Assembly (NCBI GenBank): GCA_951406725.2
Contig: OX597814.1
Coordinates: forward strand, 128,960,001-129,024,000
DNA length: 64,000 nt
Direction: 5' to 3'
From: Octopus vulgaris
Taxonomy: Eukaryota
The notes beneath the pieces were generated by a model that was not told the origin of the DNA, made no database searches, and saw nothing but the letters and a program-made list of their open reading frames with translations. This document shows, in pieces, positions 11,799 to 24,319 of this stretch. Position 1 is the stretch's first letter; each line of letters opens with the position of its first letter. A program made the translations under genes and the position numbers.

Positions 11799-12297
11799 TT
11801 AATGACACTTTAGAAACTATTATGAAGTAATATAATGTACTATTGACTATGTATATTTGCATCTAGGTATTAATTTGTGTATGTTTATTATCACAATATT
11901 AAGTCGAAAAACTGAGACATTGAGTGTGGAACACATATATATGTTTACTAATTTTTATTATTTATTTATATCATTATGTAAATGTATATTTTTATATGTA
12001 TAGGAGCGTGAGTATATGCACTCATATGTATATATATATATGTTGTATTGTGGGTACGTACCCACACCCATGTAGGTATATATGTAGACTGAGTTATATT
12101 ACATAATCTCCGAAGAGGCCTTGTGATATTTTTGTTAATGTCTCATTTATATCTATATATTGACCAACCATAAAGGGCTAATATTGGTAAAATGAGACAT
12201 AATTATCGACATGGCCGAAACAACTGTAAGATCTAATTTATACTTATATTTATATTATCCCATAGAGGGTTGCATTTACAACCCTTATCTCAATTTG
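11799..12297 (+). mobile_element. Penelope-like (pLTR/retrozyme-like) insert carrying a hammerhead
   Basis: Flanked by (TA)n on both sides; contains the hammerhead at 12106-12232. Confidence 0.6.
12106..12232 (+). ncRNA. Type I hammerhead ribozyme with extended helix II
   Basis: atct-CCGAAGA-ggcc[~92 nt fold-back]ggcc-GAAA-caactg-TA-agat; stem I atct/agat; near-palindromic helix III ACAACTGT; GUA site at 12226-12228. Confidence 0.8.
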
Positions 12298-13961
12298 TAT
12301 ATATATATATATATATATACATATATACAATGGGCTTCTTTCAGTTTCCATCTACCAAATCCACTTACAAGGCTTTAGTTGGCCCGAGACTATAGTAGAA
12401 GACACTTGCTCAAGGTGCCCTGCAGTGGGAATGAACTTGGAACCATGTGGTTGGTAAGCAAGATACTTACCACACAGCCACTCCTACGCCTATGATGAAA
12501 ACATTTTTTAGCAAATTCTTCATTCTTTTCAAAATCATATTTCTCTTTAAATACAGTGTCTTTGTTTCAAGTAATTTTCAAAAAAGGAAGAATTTTGTAA
12601 AGCAATTTTATCATTATTATGCTAATGTTTAGGTGATAAATTTAACACAAAATTCTCATTGAAGGCTTTACTTTAGATCACTTTGAAACAGAAATTTTGT
12701 ATCATGACCAAAGGCAGTGTCAGGTAGGTTGGTATCAAAATGGTTAAATAATCATAGAATACATTGGATAATGTAGTTTTGTATCACCCCTAAAAGCGAT
12801 AAGCGGATTATAGCAGGAATACCTTTGGTGCTAGGGCTGCTCAGTGATGCATGACCTTGGGCTAAATGGCAACATGCAGACAGATGTTCCCGAGGTATGT
12901 GTGTAATATGAATCTAAAGGCTGGATACAGATGAAGTGAGGTGGAATGTGGGTATTGGAGTTATCAGGTGATATATGAGAAGAGTAACTGATATTGTCTG
13001 TTGTTAGACTACCATTAGATTGTTGTGAATGGCCAGGGTGGATAAAAGATAGTAAAAGTTGGATGATAATAAGGAAAGATTAGAAATTACTTGCAAGAAT
13101 ACCCGCCTTTCTTTAGAATTGACTAAACACTAAAACTACCAAATGTGCCGGTGCTGCATTAAAAGCCTGTCCAATGCAAGTTAGGTTGAAAGAAAAAAGA
13201 AAACTGACATAAGAATGGTGTTGTTAAGGAGTTCACTTTTCAACAACATAGTTCTGGGTTTAATTCTTCAGTATGGTTCTTGTATGGCGCATTTGCTATC
13301 ATAGTCTTGAATTGACAGCTAATTTGTGAGTAACATTTGGTATACAGAAATGATATAGTAGCTCATCACATTCATTATAATCATCATCATCATCATCACC
13401 ACTTAGCTTCTGTTTTCCATGCTGTCATGGGTTTGATGGTTTGACATATTTCTCCACTAAACGTGGATGTTCTATTTGTACAAACTACATTGCAGTAGTT
13501 ACCTTGAGAAAAAGTCTCATATTGGCTTTTGGTGCAAAATGCACTTTTGTTTACACCACTAGTGGCTCAGCATGGAAGGTGGACGTTAAACAATGATTAT
13601 ATATATATAAGCAAAATAGCTAGTTGCAAAATCTCAAGAAGAGATCAGAGTAGTAACTATACTAAAAAGTTAAGTCAGCTGCCACATCAAAGTGGCTGTT
13701 CCATGGTACCACCAATAACCAGCTGGCAGATAATCTGCCAGGGGTTAAACTAGTAGTAACATGGATATATAGACAGATAGATATCTGTTCACTTGTGGTT
13801 CCAATTTTACAGCAAGTTTAAAAGGGACACTTACTAATGTGGGGATGGAGTATCAAGACTGAGAACAGTCAAATTTATAATGAAATTCATGTTGGTTGAG
13901 AATTTGTTGCACCTGATCACTTCCACTGCACTCTGTGTTCAGATCCTGTTCAGATCAACTT

Positions 13962-14006
<45 letters not shown>

Positions 14007-14081
14007 TTAAGGGTAGAAATCAATATTTATCAATTAAAACCAGTGGTCTAACATATTAAAAAAATCCGAAGATTAAATATT

Positions 14082-14214
14082 TATATATACCAATTAAGGA
14101 CTGAACACGAAAAAGTGGACAGTCAACATGCTAGATATAGACGTCATGCTAGATATTTGACGTCTATATCTAGCATGTTGACTGTCCACTTTTTCGTGTT
14201 CAGTCCTTAATTGG

Positions 14215-14222
<8 letters not shown>
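14082..14222. repeat. Perfect 65-bp inverted repeat with 11-nt spacer
   Basis: 14082-14146 is the exact reverse complement of 14158-14222; part of an insert between (TA)n tracts. Confidence 0.95.
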
Positions 14223-14245
<23 letters not shown>

Positions 14246-14274
14246 GGATATATACACTTTTCGGATACAATGCA

Positions 14275-14645
14275 AGCATAGCCATTTCATTGAGAAGTTT
14301 GTTTCTCAACCACATGGTCCTGGGTTCAGTCCTATTGCACAGAAACCTTGGGCATATGTCTTCTATGGCCCTAGGCCAACTAATGCCTTGTGAGTGAATT
14401 TGGTAGATGGAAACTGAGGGGAAGCCAGTTGAATATATGTTGATGTGTGTTGCTTTTTTTTTGTTGTTGTTGTTCCTCATCATTGTTTGATAACTGGAGT
14501 TGTTTTGTTTATGTCCCCATATCTTAGTAAAAGAGGCCAATAGAATAAGTGTCAGACTTTAAAATGAATAAGGACTCGGTTGATCAGTTTGACTAAAGCC
14601 TTGAAGGTTAAGCCCCAGCATAGCTACAATCCAATAACTAAAACA
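14275..14645 (+). mobile_element. SINE family A, diverged copy
   Basis: gggttcagtcc B-box, gtgagtgaatttggtagatggaaactg, cccagcat tail. Confidence 0.7.
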
Positions 14646-14649
14646 AATT

Positions 14650-15065
14650 CTTATTTCTTAACTACCCACAAGGGGCTAAACACAGAGAGGACAAACAAAG
14701 ACAGACAAATGGATTAAGTCAATTATATCGACCCCAGTGTGTAACTGGTACTTATTTAATCGACCCCGAAAGGATGAAAAGCAAAGTCAACCTCGGCGAA
14801 ATTTGAACTCAGAACGTAGAGGCAGACAAAATGCCTGTTTCTTTAATGCCCACAAGGGGCGAAACATAGAGTGGACAAGCAAGGACAGACAAAGGGATTA
14901 AGTCAATTACATCAATCCCAGTATGTAACTGGTACTTAATTTATTGACCCCGAAAGGATGAAAGGCAAAGTCGACCTCGGCAGAATTTGAACTCAGAACG
15001 TAGCGACAGACAAAATACCGTTAAGCATTTTGCCCGGCATGCTAACGATTCTGCCAGCTCCCCGT
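14650..15065 (-). mobile_element. SINE family B, tandem of one full and one 5'-truncated copy
   Basis: Two consecutive 'cccacaaggggc...gaccccgaaaggatgaaa...tttgaactcagaacgta' units. Confidence 0.85.
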
Positions 15066-16531
15066 CCTTATCAACTAAAACAAATTCTGTGTGTGTGTGT
15101 GTGTAAAACTGTTGAAGTACCTCTCCACTTCTGTTCAAGACAGAAGTCATATCCTTCTATAGAAAAATCTGTAATATTGCAACAGTTCTAACTGATCTGA
15201 AGATAAGTTATTGTTGGTGTGAGGGTTAAGCGAGAGAGAAAAGCTAAATGATAGAGAAGAGGTGTGAGATAGGCTGGATGAGTAAATGGGTAAGAAGTGA
15301 AAAAAGAGAATGGGGGAGGGGGTTACATTAACTGGATGACTGGATCTGGTGGGATTGTGAAGAAGGAGGCGAGTGACTGGATGGATGGTGGAATGTGGGG
15401 AGGATAAGAGGGAGAGGGAGAGAGAAATGGATAGATTAATTGGATGTTAAGATGCAATGAAGAGACAGAGAAACAGCAGATAAACTGGATGGATGATTCG
15501 GTCTGATGAGAAGTGGGGAGGAAAGGCAGACGAGGTGGGGGAGGGATAATAGGATGTGTGGAAGGAGGAGAGACAGATAGAGAGAAAAGAGAAAGAGGGA
15601 GAGAGATTAAATCAATCAATGAAGGCCAAAATGTTACTTTGGTAATAAACTGAATATAATGAAGAAGTTGTGTATGTAATGGAAAAATGTATTTTAGTGG
15701 AATTTTATATATAACTGTACAATGAAGAGAATTATAGCAGGCTGTGTCGATAAGACTCTGACCTCCAGGTCAAAAGACTGACAGCTTTTTCTCCCTGGCC
15801 AAGTCTACTTAACACTTAATGGGAACCAGGACGAATGTTGTTGTTTGCTCCTGGTCATTGTCTTTAGTTGTGTATCACTGATAAAAGAATTCTGAAGATG
15901 TATCCTGAAAGTCATCACCAACATCACCATTGTTTTAACGTCCACATTTCCATGCTGGCATGGGTAGGACGGTTTATTGAGTTTATTGAGGCAGATTCTT
16001 TTACAGCTGAACACCCTGCCAGTTGCAAACTCTCACCTGTTACCAAACAAAGTAATTGATCTATCTCTTTGGCTAGACATGTTTTTGCAGAAATTGGGAA
16101 AAGAATGATACTCTTTTACTTTTTTACTTGTTTCAGTTAACTTCACTTTTAATGTTTCCAAGGTTGATATTATACAAAATAAATATCAATCCAGGTCAGT
16201 GGATTGGAGGAATTGTTAATATGTTGGAGAGAATGCCTTGCAGTATCTGTTTCAGTGCACTGTGTTCCAATTTGTAATCTATTTGGATGACATTAGTGGT
16301 AAAAACAAATACTAAATTAGAAAAAAAAAGTCACTTTTCAACCTCGTGGTTTTAGGTTCAGTTCCATTGTGTGGCATCTTTGGCAAAGCCCTAGAGCAAC
16401 CAATGCCTTATGAGTGAACTTGCTAGAAACCCATTGTGGGTTTTTTACAGAAGGTGGCGAGCTGGCAGAAACGTTAGCATGCTGGGCGAAATGCTTTGTG
16501 ATATGTTTGTTTACATATGATGTAATATATA

Positions 16532-16924
16532 TCTATATATATAAAGCTGAAGTTGTCTGTGTGTGGCAGGTTTTGTAGCCTTCAAATAACACTATCTCCT
16601 CTGAGACCCTGCGGCACAAGTTAACCAAAATTGAGAGTATGATAGAAGAAGGCTTGCTCTTCATTCCGTAGAAGATAAAATTCAAATCGGACCATGTTAA
16701 CACCAAAAATTATTTACATCAAAAAGGTGCTTCTTTTCTATGAAAATCCCTATTTTTTTACGATTTTTTGACTACTGTGTTGCCATTTTTTTTGGTGTAT
16801 TTCAACCAGAAAAATGTTCACTTAATGAGAATAACAAACTACATAATGCAAAATTTTTACTTTTCAAAAATTCTAATTCTAAAGGGTTGAAACAAACCCA
16901 AGCAACGCTAGGCGATACTGCTAG
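16532..16924 (+). mobile_element. Non-autonomous Helitron
   Basis: A|TCTATATATATAAA 5' end, 3' hairpin cccaagc-aac-gctagg, CTAG|T terminus, no TSD; second copy at ~51947-52337. Confidence 0.85.
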
Positions 16925-17334
16925 TATATACATATATATAATCATTGTTTTAAAATTCACTTTCCCATGCTTGTGTAGGTCACCCAGGATTCGTTGGGGC
17001 TGATTTTCTATTGCCAGATGCCCTTCTTGTTGCAAGCCCACAAATGTTTCCTCTTGGCCAAATAAATTTTCACAGAAGATTGGAATGAATGACAACATTT
17101 GTATGATGAGGACATTCACTCAAAACCATCACATGATGTCAGCACAAGAGGAGAGAGAGAGACACACACACACACATACACACGATCGATTACCAAATTC
17201 ACTCACAAGGCTTTGATTGGCCAAGAGCTACAATAAGAAGACACTTTTCAAAGTTGCTGAGTTGCAGGACTGAACCAAAAACTATGTATTTGAGAAGCAA
17301 ACTTTTGAATCATGCAGCCATCTTGCACCTCTAT

Positions 17335-17372
<38 letters not shown>

Positions 17373-18344
17373 CTGTATGAAACATTTTAAGGATCTCCCC
17401 CAGCCTCTTTGTGACTAAACATCTGTTCAGGCCAGAAACTGTAATTTCAGTAGAAATAATGATATTTTTATTTAGTGCCCCAATACCAACTATCTGTCAA
17501 GTCTGAAGATTATAAAGATAATTGGTGATGTGAGGGCTACATTCTGCATAATCACCATCATCATCATCATCGTTGTCATCGTCGTTTAATGTCTTCTTTC
17601 CATGCTGTGGAAATACAGAATACAGAGAAAGAGGGTAGGAGCAGGTAGAGTGTATAGATGTATGAAATGACTTTCTGTCAGCAAATAAATACTATGACCC
17701 CCACATTGCCCAGTGAGAGAAGTATAAGCTATAATGCTGTTAAGATACCTCTGATGCTTGTGGTAGATTTGAACTCAAGACTTACATGATCTAGCTGTTA
17801 GTTAAGCACCATACTTCTCTCAGCCATTTCACCTCTTTTACAGGACACAAACATTTTATCACTCAGCTGTTGCAATTCTTTGCCATATGTCAGAATAGAG
17901 CAAACAGATGCAGAAATGTTAGATAAACATACAAACCAAATGCATGTCTCACCTCTCCCTCTTTCCACCCCCACCACCTTTGCTCTCATGATTATTTTCC
18001 TTATTGTCTTTAGTTTTTTTTTTATCTAAATTAGTCATCCTGGGCATCTCACCTGAGCATCGAAAGCACTACTAGTTTATGGTACCCTGCACATCTTGTG
18101 TGAAATAGTCACCCTTAGCTGGTTTTTCTTACTTTGTAATTAAAGGTAAATTTAGTATTACATTTTACTTGCTTCAATCACAGAATACAGCCATGTTGGG
18201 GGCACTGCCTTAAAGGGTTTTAGTTGACCATATCAACCTCCAGCACTTATATTGTTTTAAGTCTGGTGTTTATTCTATTGGTGGGGCATGACAGACTCAG
18301 ACACACACACACATATACAGGTCAGGCTTCCACACAGTTTACCT

Positions 18345-18845
18345 TTTACTTGTTTCAGTCACTGAACTGCGGCCATGCTGGGGCATCAACTTGAAGAATT
18401 TTAGTGGAATGAATCAGCCCCCAGTACTTATTTTTAAAGATTGGTACTTTTTTGTCAGTCTCTTTTGCTGGGACGCTAAGTTATGGGGATGTAAACACAC
18501 CAGTACTAGTTGTCAAACAGTGACAGGAGGTAGGCACACACACACACACACACACACACGCGTGTGCACACCACTGGCTTCTTTCAGTTTCTTCTTCACA
18601 AGACTTGAGTCAGTCTGAGGTTACAGTAAAAGGCACTTGCCCAAGATGCCATGCAATGGGACCGGACCTGGAACTATGCCACTGATCCACACCTGTATCT
18701 GTAGTTTCCCTCTACGAAATTCACTCACAAGGCATTAGTTGGCCTGGAACTATTGCAGAACACACTTTCCCAAGATGCTGTGCCATGGGACTGAACCTGA
18801 ATCCACATGGTTGAGAAGCAAAGTTCTTAACTGTGCAGCCATGTA
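18345..18845 (-). mobile_element. Nested diverged SINE family A copies
   Basis: Reverse tail 'ttttacttgtttcagtc', two consecutive head regions. Confidence 0.65.
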
Positions 18846-19029
18846 CCCATGGTTATATTTTCAATATCACCCCCACCTCCCACATACATACATTCATGCA
18901 CATATATGATTAAAAATAAAAAAAAGTGTTTTACTGTATATAACAATGACTTCATTTTTCTGGAAGAGTTTTATGAAAAACAGAGATTTTAATAATCCAT
19001 TTTTATTCTTCCAACACCAACAACAAAAT

Positions 19030-19381
19030 AAAAATCAAATGGAAATTGTAGTTAAGATACCCATGCCAGTGACATGTAAAAAGCACTGTCCGAACGTGGC
19101 AGATGCCAGCGCCACCTGACTGGCGTCCATGTCAGTGACACGTAAAAGCACCAACTGATCGTGGCCATTTGCCAGCTTCCTATGGCACCTGTGCTGGTGG
19201 CAACGTTAAAAGCACCCACTACACTCATGAAGTGGATGTCATTAGGAAGGGCATCCAGCTGTAGAAACACTGCCAGATCAGACTGGAGCCTGGTGCAGTC
19301 TCCTGGCTTCCCAGACCCCCGGTCAAACCGTCCAACCCATGCTAACATGGAAAACGGACGTTAAACGATGATGATGATGAT
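19030..19381 (+). mobile_element. Family C retroposon with internal repeated units
   Basis: Head 'aaaatcaaatggaaattgtagtt', repeated 'cacgtaaaagcacc' modules, (GAT)n tail; close copy at 58887-59239. Confidence 0.85.
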
Positions 19382-20525
19382 TTTTATTCTTCCAATCTGT
19401 TTTGTTCCTTGATACTTTTACAGGATACAATTAAATTACATTCTTATTACTCCTGAGCAATGCAGAGCTCAAAGTATTATGTACAGCATACAACAGCTAA
19501 GCTTAATGATATCTGGTAACCTTTCTTGCAGACAACCTGCTAAATATATAACTAAATCTCCCTTAAATCACACCTTATCTTATTAAAAAGCAAAAGTCAG
19601 CATGTAATAGTGTAGTCCTAGATAAACTATGCCTGGAAAACAAAATGGGATGCTTGCAGTTAAAATGTCTTTGATAATAGTTCTCTTTGATCAGCATTGA
19701 TTTGGTGGTAACGTCATTGTCACCATTATTTACTCTCACACCAAAAATGAGTTATCAACCTGCTGGAAATAACAGCCAAATCCAAATCTCATGAATCACA
19801 GCCTACTCACCAAAAAGGAAGCGGATATTGGGTATTGTAGAAAAGACAGGATGGTCATGGAAAAAATACTTTGCTCATAGGTCTACTTGACTAGGGCTAA
19901 ACAACACACCTATTCAAATTAGGCTTACCACACTATTCTGTGTTTAGGAGAATGTAAGAAGATACGAACATAATTGTTTTGAAGGGTTGTATAATTAGCT
20001 GAAGGAAATTGTAAAATAATGAACACGCACACACACACACACACGCACGCTTATGTGGAGAGAAAACACCTGTTAAATAGATGAATTAACTTTGCATTCA
20101 CAATACATGTGCAAAATTTAATTATCCTCTTTTAGCAGGTGCCCTTTTTCATATGTGTTTAAATATAAATGAATGAAATGTGACTCCACCCTGACAAACC
20201 ATTTCGAGTGAAAGTGAAAAAAGTACTTTTGAAATTCCAAGAGGAAAAAAATAGTAAACAAATATATAAAAAGAATCCATTATTCTCCAGTTACTTTATT
20301 CTCAAATAAATTCTTTGTAAACGTTTTCTGAATGTGTGTGTCTTTGTGCCCATGGTTAGTTCACCCATCCATCATTTGACAACTGATGTTGGTTTCTTTA
20401 CATCCCTGTGACTTAGCGGTGTGGTGAAGGTGACTGACAGAATAAGTACCAGACTTTAAAAGGAAATCCTGCAGGCAATCAAGTCAACTGAAAAAAAATA
20501 AATAAAAAACTTTCAAGGTGATGCT

Positions 20526-20897
20526 TGTTTGTTTGTTTGTTTGTTGAGCGAAGCAGTCTTCGTGGGAGAAGTCCGAAACGTGGTCCTTTGCTATTCGTAA
20601 GACCCGTAGAAGAGAAAGCAGGTCAACCCCCGACACTGAGAACATCAATGCATGGATGACTGCGCATCCAGGCTCAGCGGTTGCATAGGAAGTTGGAGAC
20701 AAGAAACAGGAAGAAAGAGTGAGAGAAAGTTGGAGCGAAAGAGTACAACAGGGGTCGCCACCACCCCCTGCCGGAGCCTTGTGGAGCTTTAGGTGTTTTT
20801 GCTCAATAAACACACACAATGCCCGGTCTAGGAATCGAAACCGCAATCCTCCGACTGCGAGTCTGCTGCCCTAACCACTGGGCCATTGCGTCTCCAC
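20526..20897 (-). mobile_element. Young tRNA(Arg)-like SINE with (CAAA)n tail and 13-bp TSD
   Basis: Minus-strand head TGGCCCAGTGG / GGTTTCGATTCC, anticodon arm gac-TCG-cagtc; TSD TCAAGGTGATGCT at 20513-20525 and 20898-20910; inserted in a family A tail. Confidence 0.9.
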
Positions 20898-21236
20898 TCA
20901 AGGTGATGCTCCAGTATGGCTGCAGTTAAAAGATAAAGCAGCTTAGACTTGGAGCTTTCTCTGTGCAAAAATTCATGTTGGTAGTTTCAAAGAATGGTTG
21001 GCAAATAGACTGTAAAACCTCGTGCATTGTTGACCAAGACAAGTCTTGAAGACTTGAATTATAGGAATCAATTTTAAATGTGGTGTTTAGAAAGCAGTTG
21101 GAAGTAAGAAAGAAAGGGCCCATCATTCAGGTCTTGAAAGGACTGTTTGAGGATTTTGACTTAATGCCATGTATCATGGACAAGTCACTCATCTATAAGA
21201 TATTTGTTTCTTATACAGTGCTTCCACTATTTCCAA

Positions 21237-21952
21237 CAGGGCTGGATTAAGACCCATAAAGGCCCAAAGCACTCAAAAGATTTTGGTGCCTCCATATGTA
21301 ATTCGAAATCATCATCATCATCGTTTAACATCTGCTTTCCATACTAGCATGGGATTGGACGATTTGACTGAGGTCTGGCGAACCAGATGGCTGCACCAGA
21401 CTCCAAACTGATCTGGCAGAGCTTCTACTGCTGGATGCCCTTCCTAACACCAACCACTCTGAGAGTGTAGTGGGTGCTTTTACGTGCCACTGGCACGAGG
21501 GCTAGTTAGGTGGTACTGGCAACGACCATGCTCAAATGGTGCTTTTTATGTGCCACCTGCACAGGAGCCAGTCCGGTGGCACTGGCAACGACCTCGCTCG
21601 AATGTTTTTTTTAAACAATAATAAACCATAAAATGAATTTTTGTCTTTCAAAATGAAACAAAACTAACAGTAAGATGGGAAATAATGCTTATTTTAGTAT
21701 ACTTCCACTTTATTTATATTTGAAAAGTTTCCTCCTACATTTTTGAATTACAAAATCTTTGATCAGATTCTCAAAATGAATCTTACATAAAACGTCTGCT
21801 TCTATACTTTGTAGAGATAAGGCATTCCGAATATTATTTTAGCAAGTTTAAAGTGATTTCTTTTGTGCTGTAGACCATTTACCATTTCTGTAGTGCCCCC
21901 ACTTGATATCTTAAACACGTGTTTATTTTGCTTAATGGATAATCCAGCACTA
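21237..21952 (-). mobile_element. Internally deleted hAT DNA transposon
   Basis: TIRs cagggctggatta / taatccagcact; degenerate 8-bp TSD atttccaa/atctctag; minus strand 21722-21829 reads RNALSLQSIEADVLCKIHFENLIKDFVIQKCRRKLF, like a hAT transposase C-terminus. Confidence 0.7.
21308..21603 (-). mobile_element. Family C retroposon nested in the hAT element
   Basis: (ATC)n tail, then reverse family C consensus. Confidence 0.85.
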
Positions 21953-22404
21953 ATCTCTAGTGTTGAGCTGTGCTTTTTTCTATGGTAATCATAATATAGC
22001 TGAGTGGAATAGTCTAATGGAAGATAAATGTCCTCGCCATGGATATAGTATAGAATATGAATAGTGGCCTCTTTAAGTGGTTAGTGGTAAGCCAATACTC
22101 TACCATTTCAGCTAGTTTAAATTTTGGGTGTGAAACATATATTCTGGATGACATGTTTTGAAAAATATTTGGAAGAAAGATCGAATTCCCTTGTTGGGTA
22201 AATATATATCAGAAGTTAGAAATTTCTCATTACCAATTTTTTTCACATAAATTAGTCAATTTGAGAAATAATAACGAATTTGGAACAACCATATTAAAAT
22301 ATCTGAATTATTAACATTTATTTATTTATATATTTATTTATTTTTATTGGTGTATAAAGCTGTTTGAAATACAGTTTTACATAAAGCGATATTTACTAAG
22401 ATTG

Positions 22405-22975
22405 GTGCTGGCTGTGTGGTCAAAAAGCTCTCTGTGTAATCATATGATTTTGGGTTCAGTTCTACAGCATGGTACCTTGGCCAAGTGTCTTCTACTATGG
22501 CCTCGATCCAACTAATGCCTTGTGAATGAATTTATGAATTTGGTAAACAGAAACTGTATGGAAGCCTGCTATATATATATGTATATATATATAAATTTGG
22601 TAGTACAAGATATGGATTCAGAGAATCATGCAACTATCACAGAAAGCTCCTCCAACAGACTCGGCAAACAATCTACAGAGTAAACCAATCCAGAGATGTG
22701 TGATGCAGAATGTCCATACAGCTGAAATCCAGATCTAATGTATAGTCTGTGTTTGTACCCCTCTCCACGACACCACTAGATAATTGGTACTGGTTTGTTT
22801 ATGTCCCTGTAACTTACTCTGTCAGTATCCTTTGCTGAGCAGCTAAGTACCTAACTTTAAAAGAAACAAAAAAAGAAAAAGAAAAATATAAGTACTGTGA
22901 TCAATTTGACTAAAAACTTTCATAGCAGTGCCCCAGTATGACCACAGTCAAATCACCAAAAACAAGTCAGATACA
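22405..22975 (+). mobile_element. Diverged SINE family A with ~150-bp insert in its (TA)n
   Basis: Head 22405-22570, unrelated insert ~22593-22745, tail to ~22975. Confidence 0.65.
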
Positions 22976-23308
22976 AGAGCACCCAGAGAGCACAGACTTC
23001 CACTAAGGCAACACCAACGTCCTTTCTGAAATAAACTTGACTGCTCTCACAAATGAAAATATTAAAAATGAACCCAACCGCTCTCAAAAATTAAGCAAAA
23101 AAAACAGGAAAAAATAATCCAGAATCCTTGTCCAGCTTCAGATCAATCCCAGAATCTAATCAGTTTGTGCCAGTCATTAGGTCAAATATCTCTGAAAGTT
23201 TCATTCAAATCTATCCAGCAGTTCTTGAGATATCTTTTCCATGGACAAACAAACAAACAAATACAGCTGAAAACAATACCCCTGCCTTCACTAAGGTGGA
23301 GGTAATAA
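22973..23308 (-). mobile_element. Helentron-associated (HINE/DINE-1-like) element
   Basis: Reverse copy of 2303-2614; ends ...aaggtggaggtaataa. Confidence 0.7.
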
Positions 23309-23867
23309 AACATAAGGTTACTGGAATTTCATGTAACAATTTATGTAACAAGATTTTGACCGAAATTTTAATTCAGATATTATTGATTTGATATTGAAAG
23401 AATTGATTTTTATAGACATGTAGTAAATCTTTGGAAAATATTGAGTAATAGATAATTAGTGTATAACAAATGAGAAGAAAAGATCGTATTAGAAACAAAC
23501 ATCATTTTGGAGGAAGGAAAATTAAGCTAAGTGTTTATCATGGCATCTGGAAGATAAGAGATTGGTGGTGGGCCTGGAAGAGTTGGTGGGAGTGAAGAGA
23601 AGAGATATGAGATTGAAGGGGTTTTGATAGTGGTTGGCAGTATAGGTAGGAGATTCAGAAGAGCAGATGTCAGTTTAGTAACTATAGACTTAGAAGAAGG
23701 TCCCAGAACAATGGGTGGAGCAATATCTAGATTGTTTTGACAGTATGATAGCTTTTCTAAGTGTATATGTGTTTGCTGTGTGGACATACACATCTGTGTG
23801 TGTTTGTGTGTATTTATTTACATTAGAACACAGGAAGCACTGGGCTGATCTTCTGAACCAAACTTGA

Positions 23868-24136
23868 TACTCTCTTTTACACTTTTACTTGTTTCAGTCA
23901 TTTGACTGCGGCCATGCTGGAGTACCAGCTTTAGTCGAGCAAATCGACCCCAGGACTTATTCTTTGTAAGCCTAGTACTTATTCTATCGGTCCCTTTTGC
24001 CGAACCACTCACAAGGCTTTGGTTGGCCTGAGGCTATAGTAGAAGTCACTTGCCCAAGGTGCTACACAGTAGGACTGAACCTGGAACCATGTAGTTGGTA
24101 AGCAAGCTACTTAGCACACAGCCACTCCAGTGCCTA
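23868..24136 (-). mobile_element. SINE family A, internally deleted
   Basis: Tail joined directly to head; microsatellite region missing. Confidence 0.85.
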
Positions 24137-24319
24137 AATAAATAAATAAATAAAAGAAATGCTTTTGCACTGAAATCTTAGGCCTGACTTTCAGTGCTGC
24201 AAGCCCTAATCTATAAAACCACATTAAGAGTAACTAAACTCCAGCAATGAAATTAACCACTACTCCAACATCAAGAATGAAATTGTTGATCTAAAAGTAA
24301 TAAATAATTAAAAATTCGT

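Larger units (their letters stand above)
11545..12492 (-). mobile_element. SINE family A split by a ~500-bp insertion in its (TA)n tract
   Basis: Tail half 11545-11798, head half ~12298-12492, unrelated sequence between. Confidence 0.85.

Noticed and set aside
13724-13742. ctggcagat-a-atctgccag hairpin
   Set aside because: An isolated 9-bp stem with no supporting context
22697-22740. gTGATGCAg...acagctGAAAtccagaTC as a fifth hammerhead
   Set aside because: Helix III (ATCCAGAT) and TA-insert context are suggestive, but stem I does not pair and the core has several changes
23527-23793. Pro/Ser/Leu-rich minus ORF (also 53913-54152 and 15323-15619)
   Set aside because: Possibly very old LINE remnants or purine-rich low complexity; no diagnostic motif
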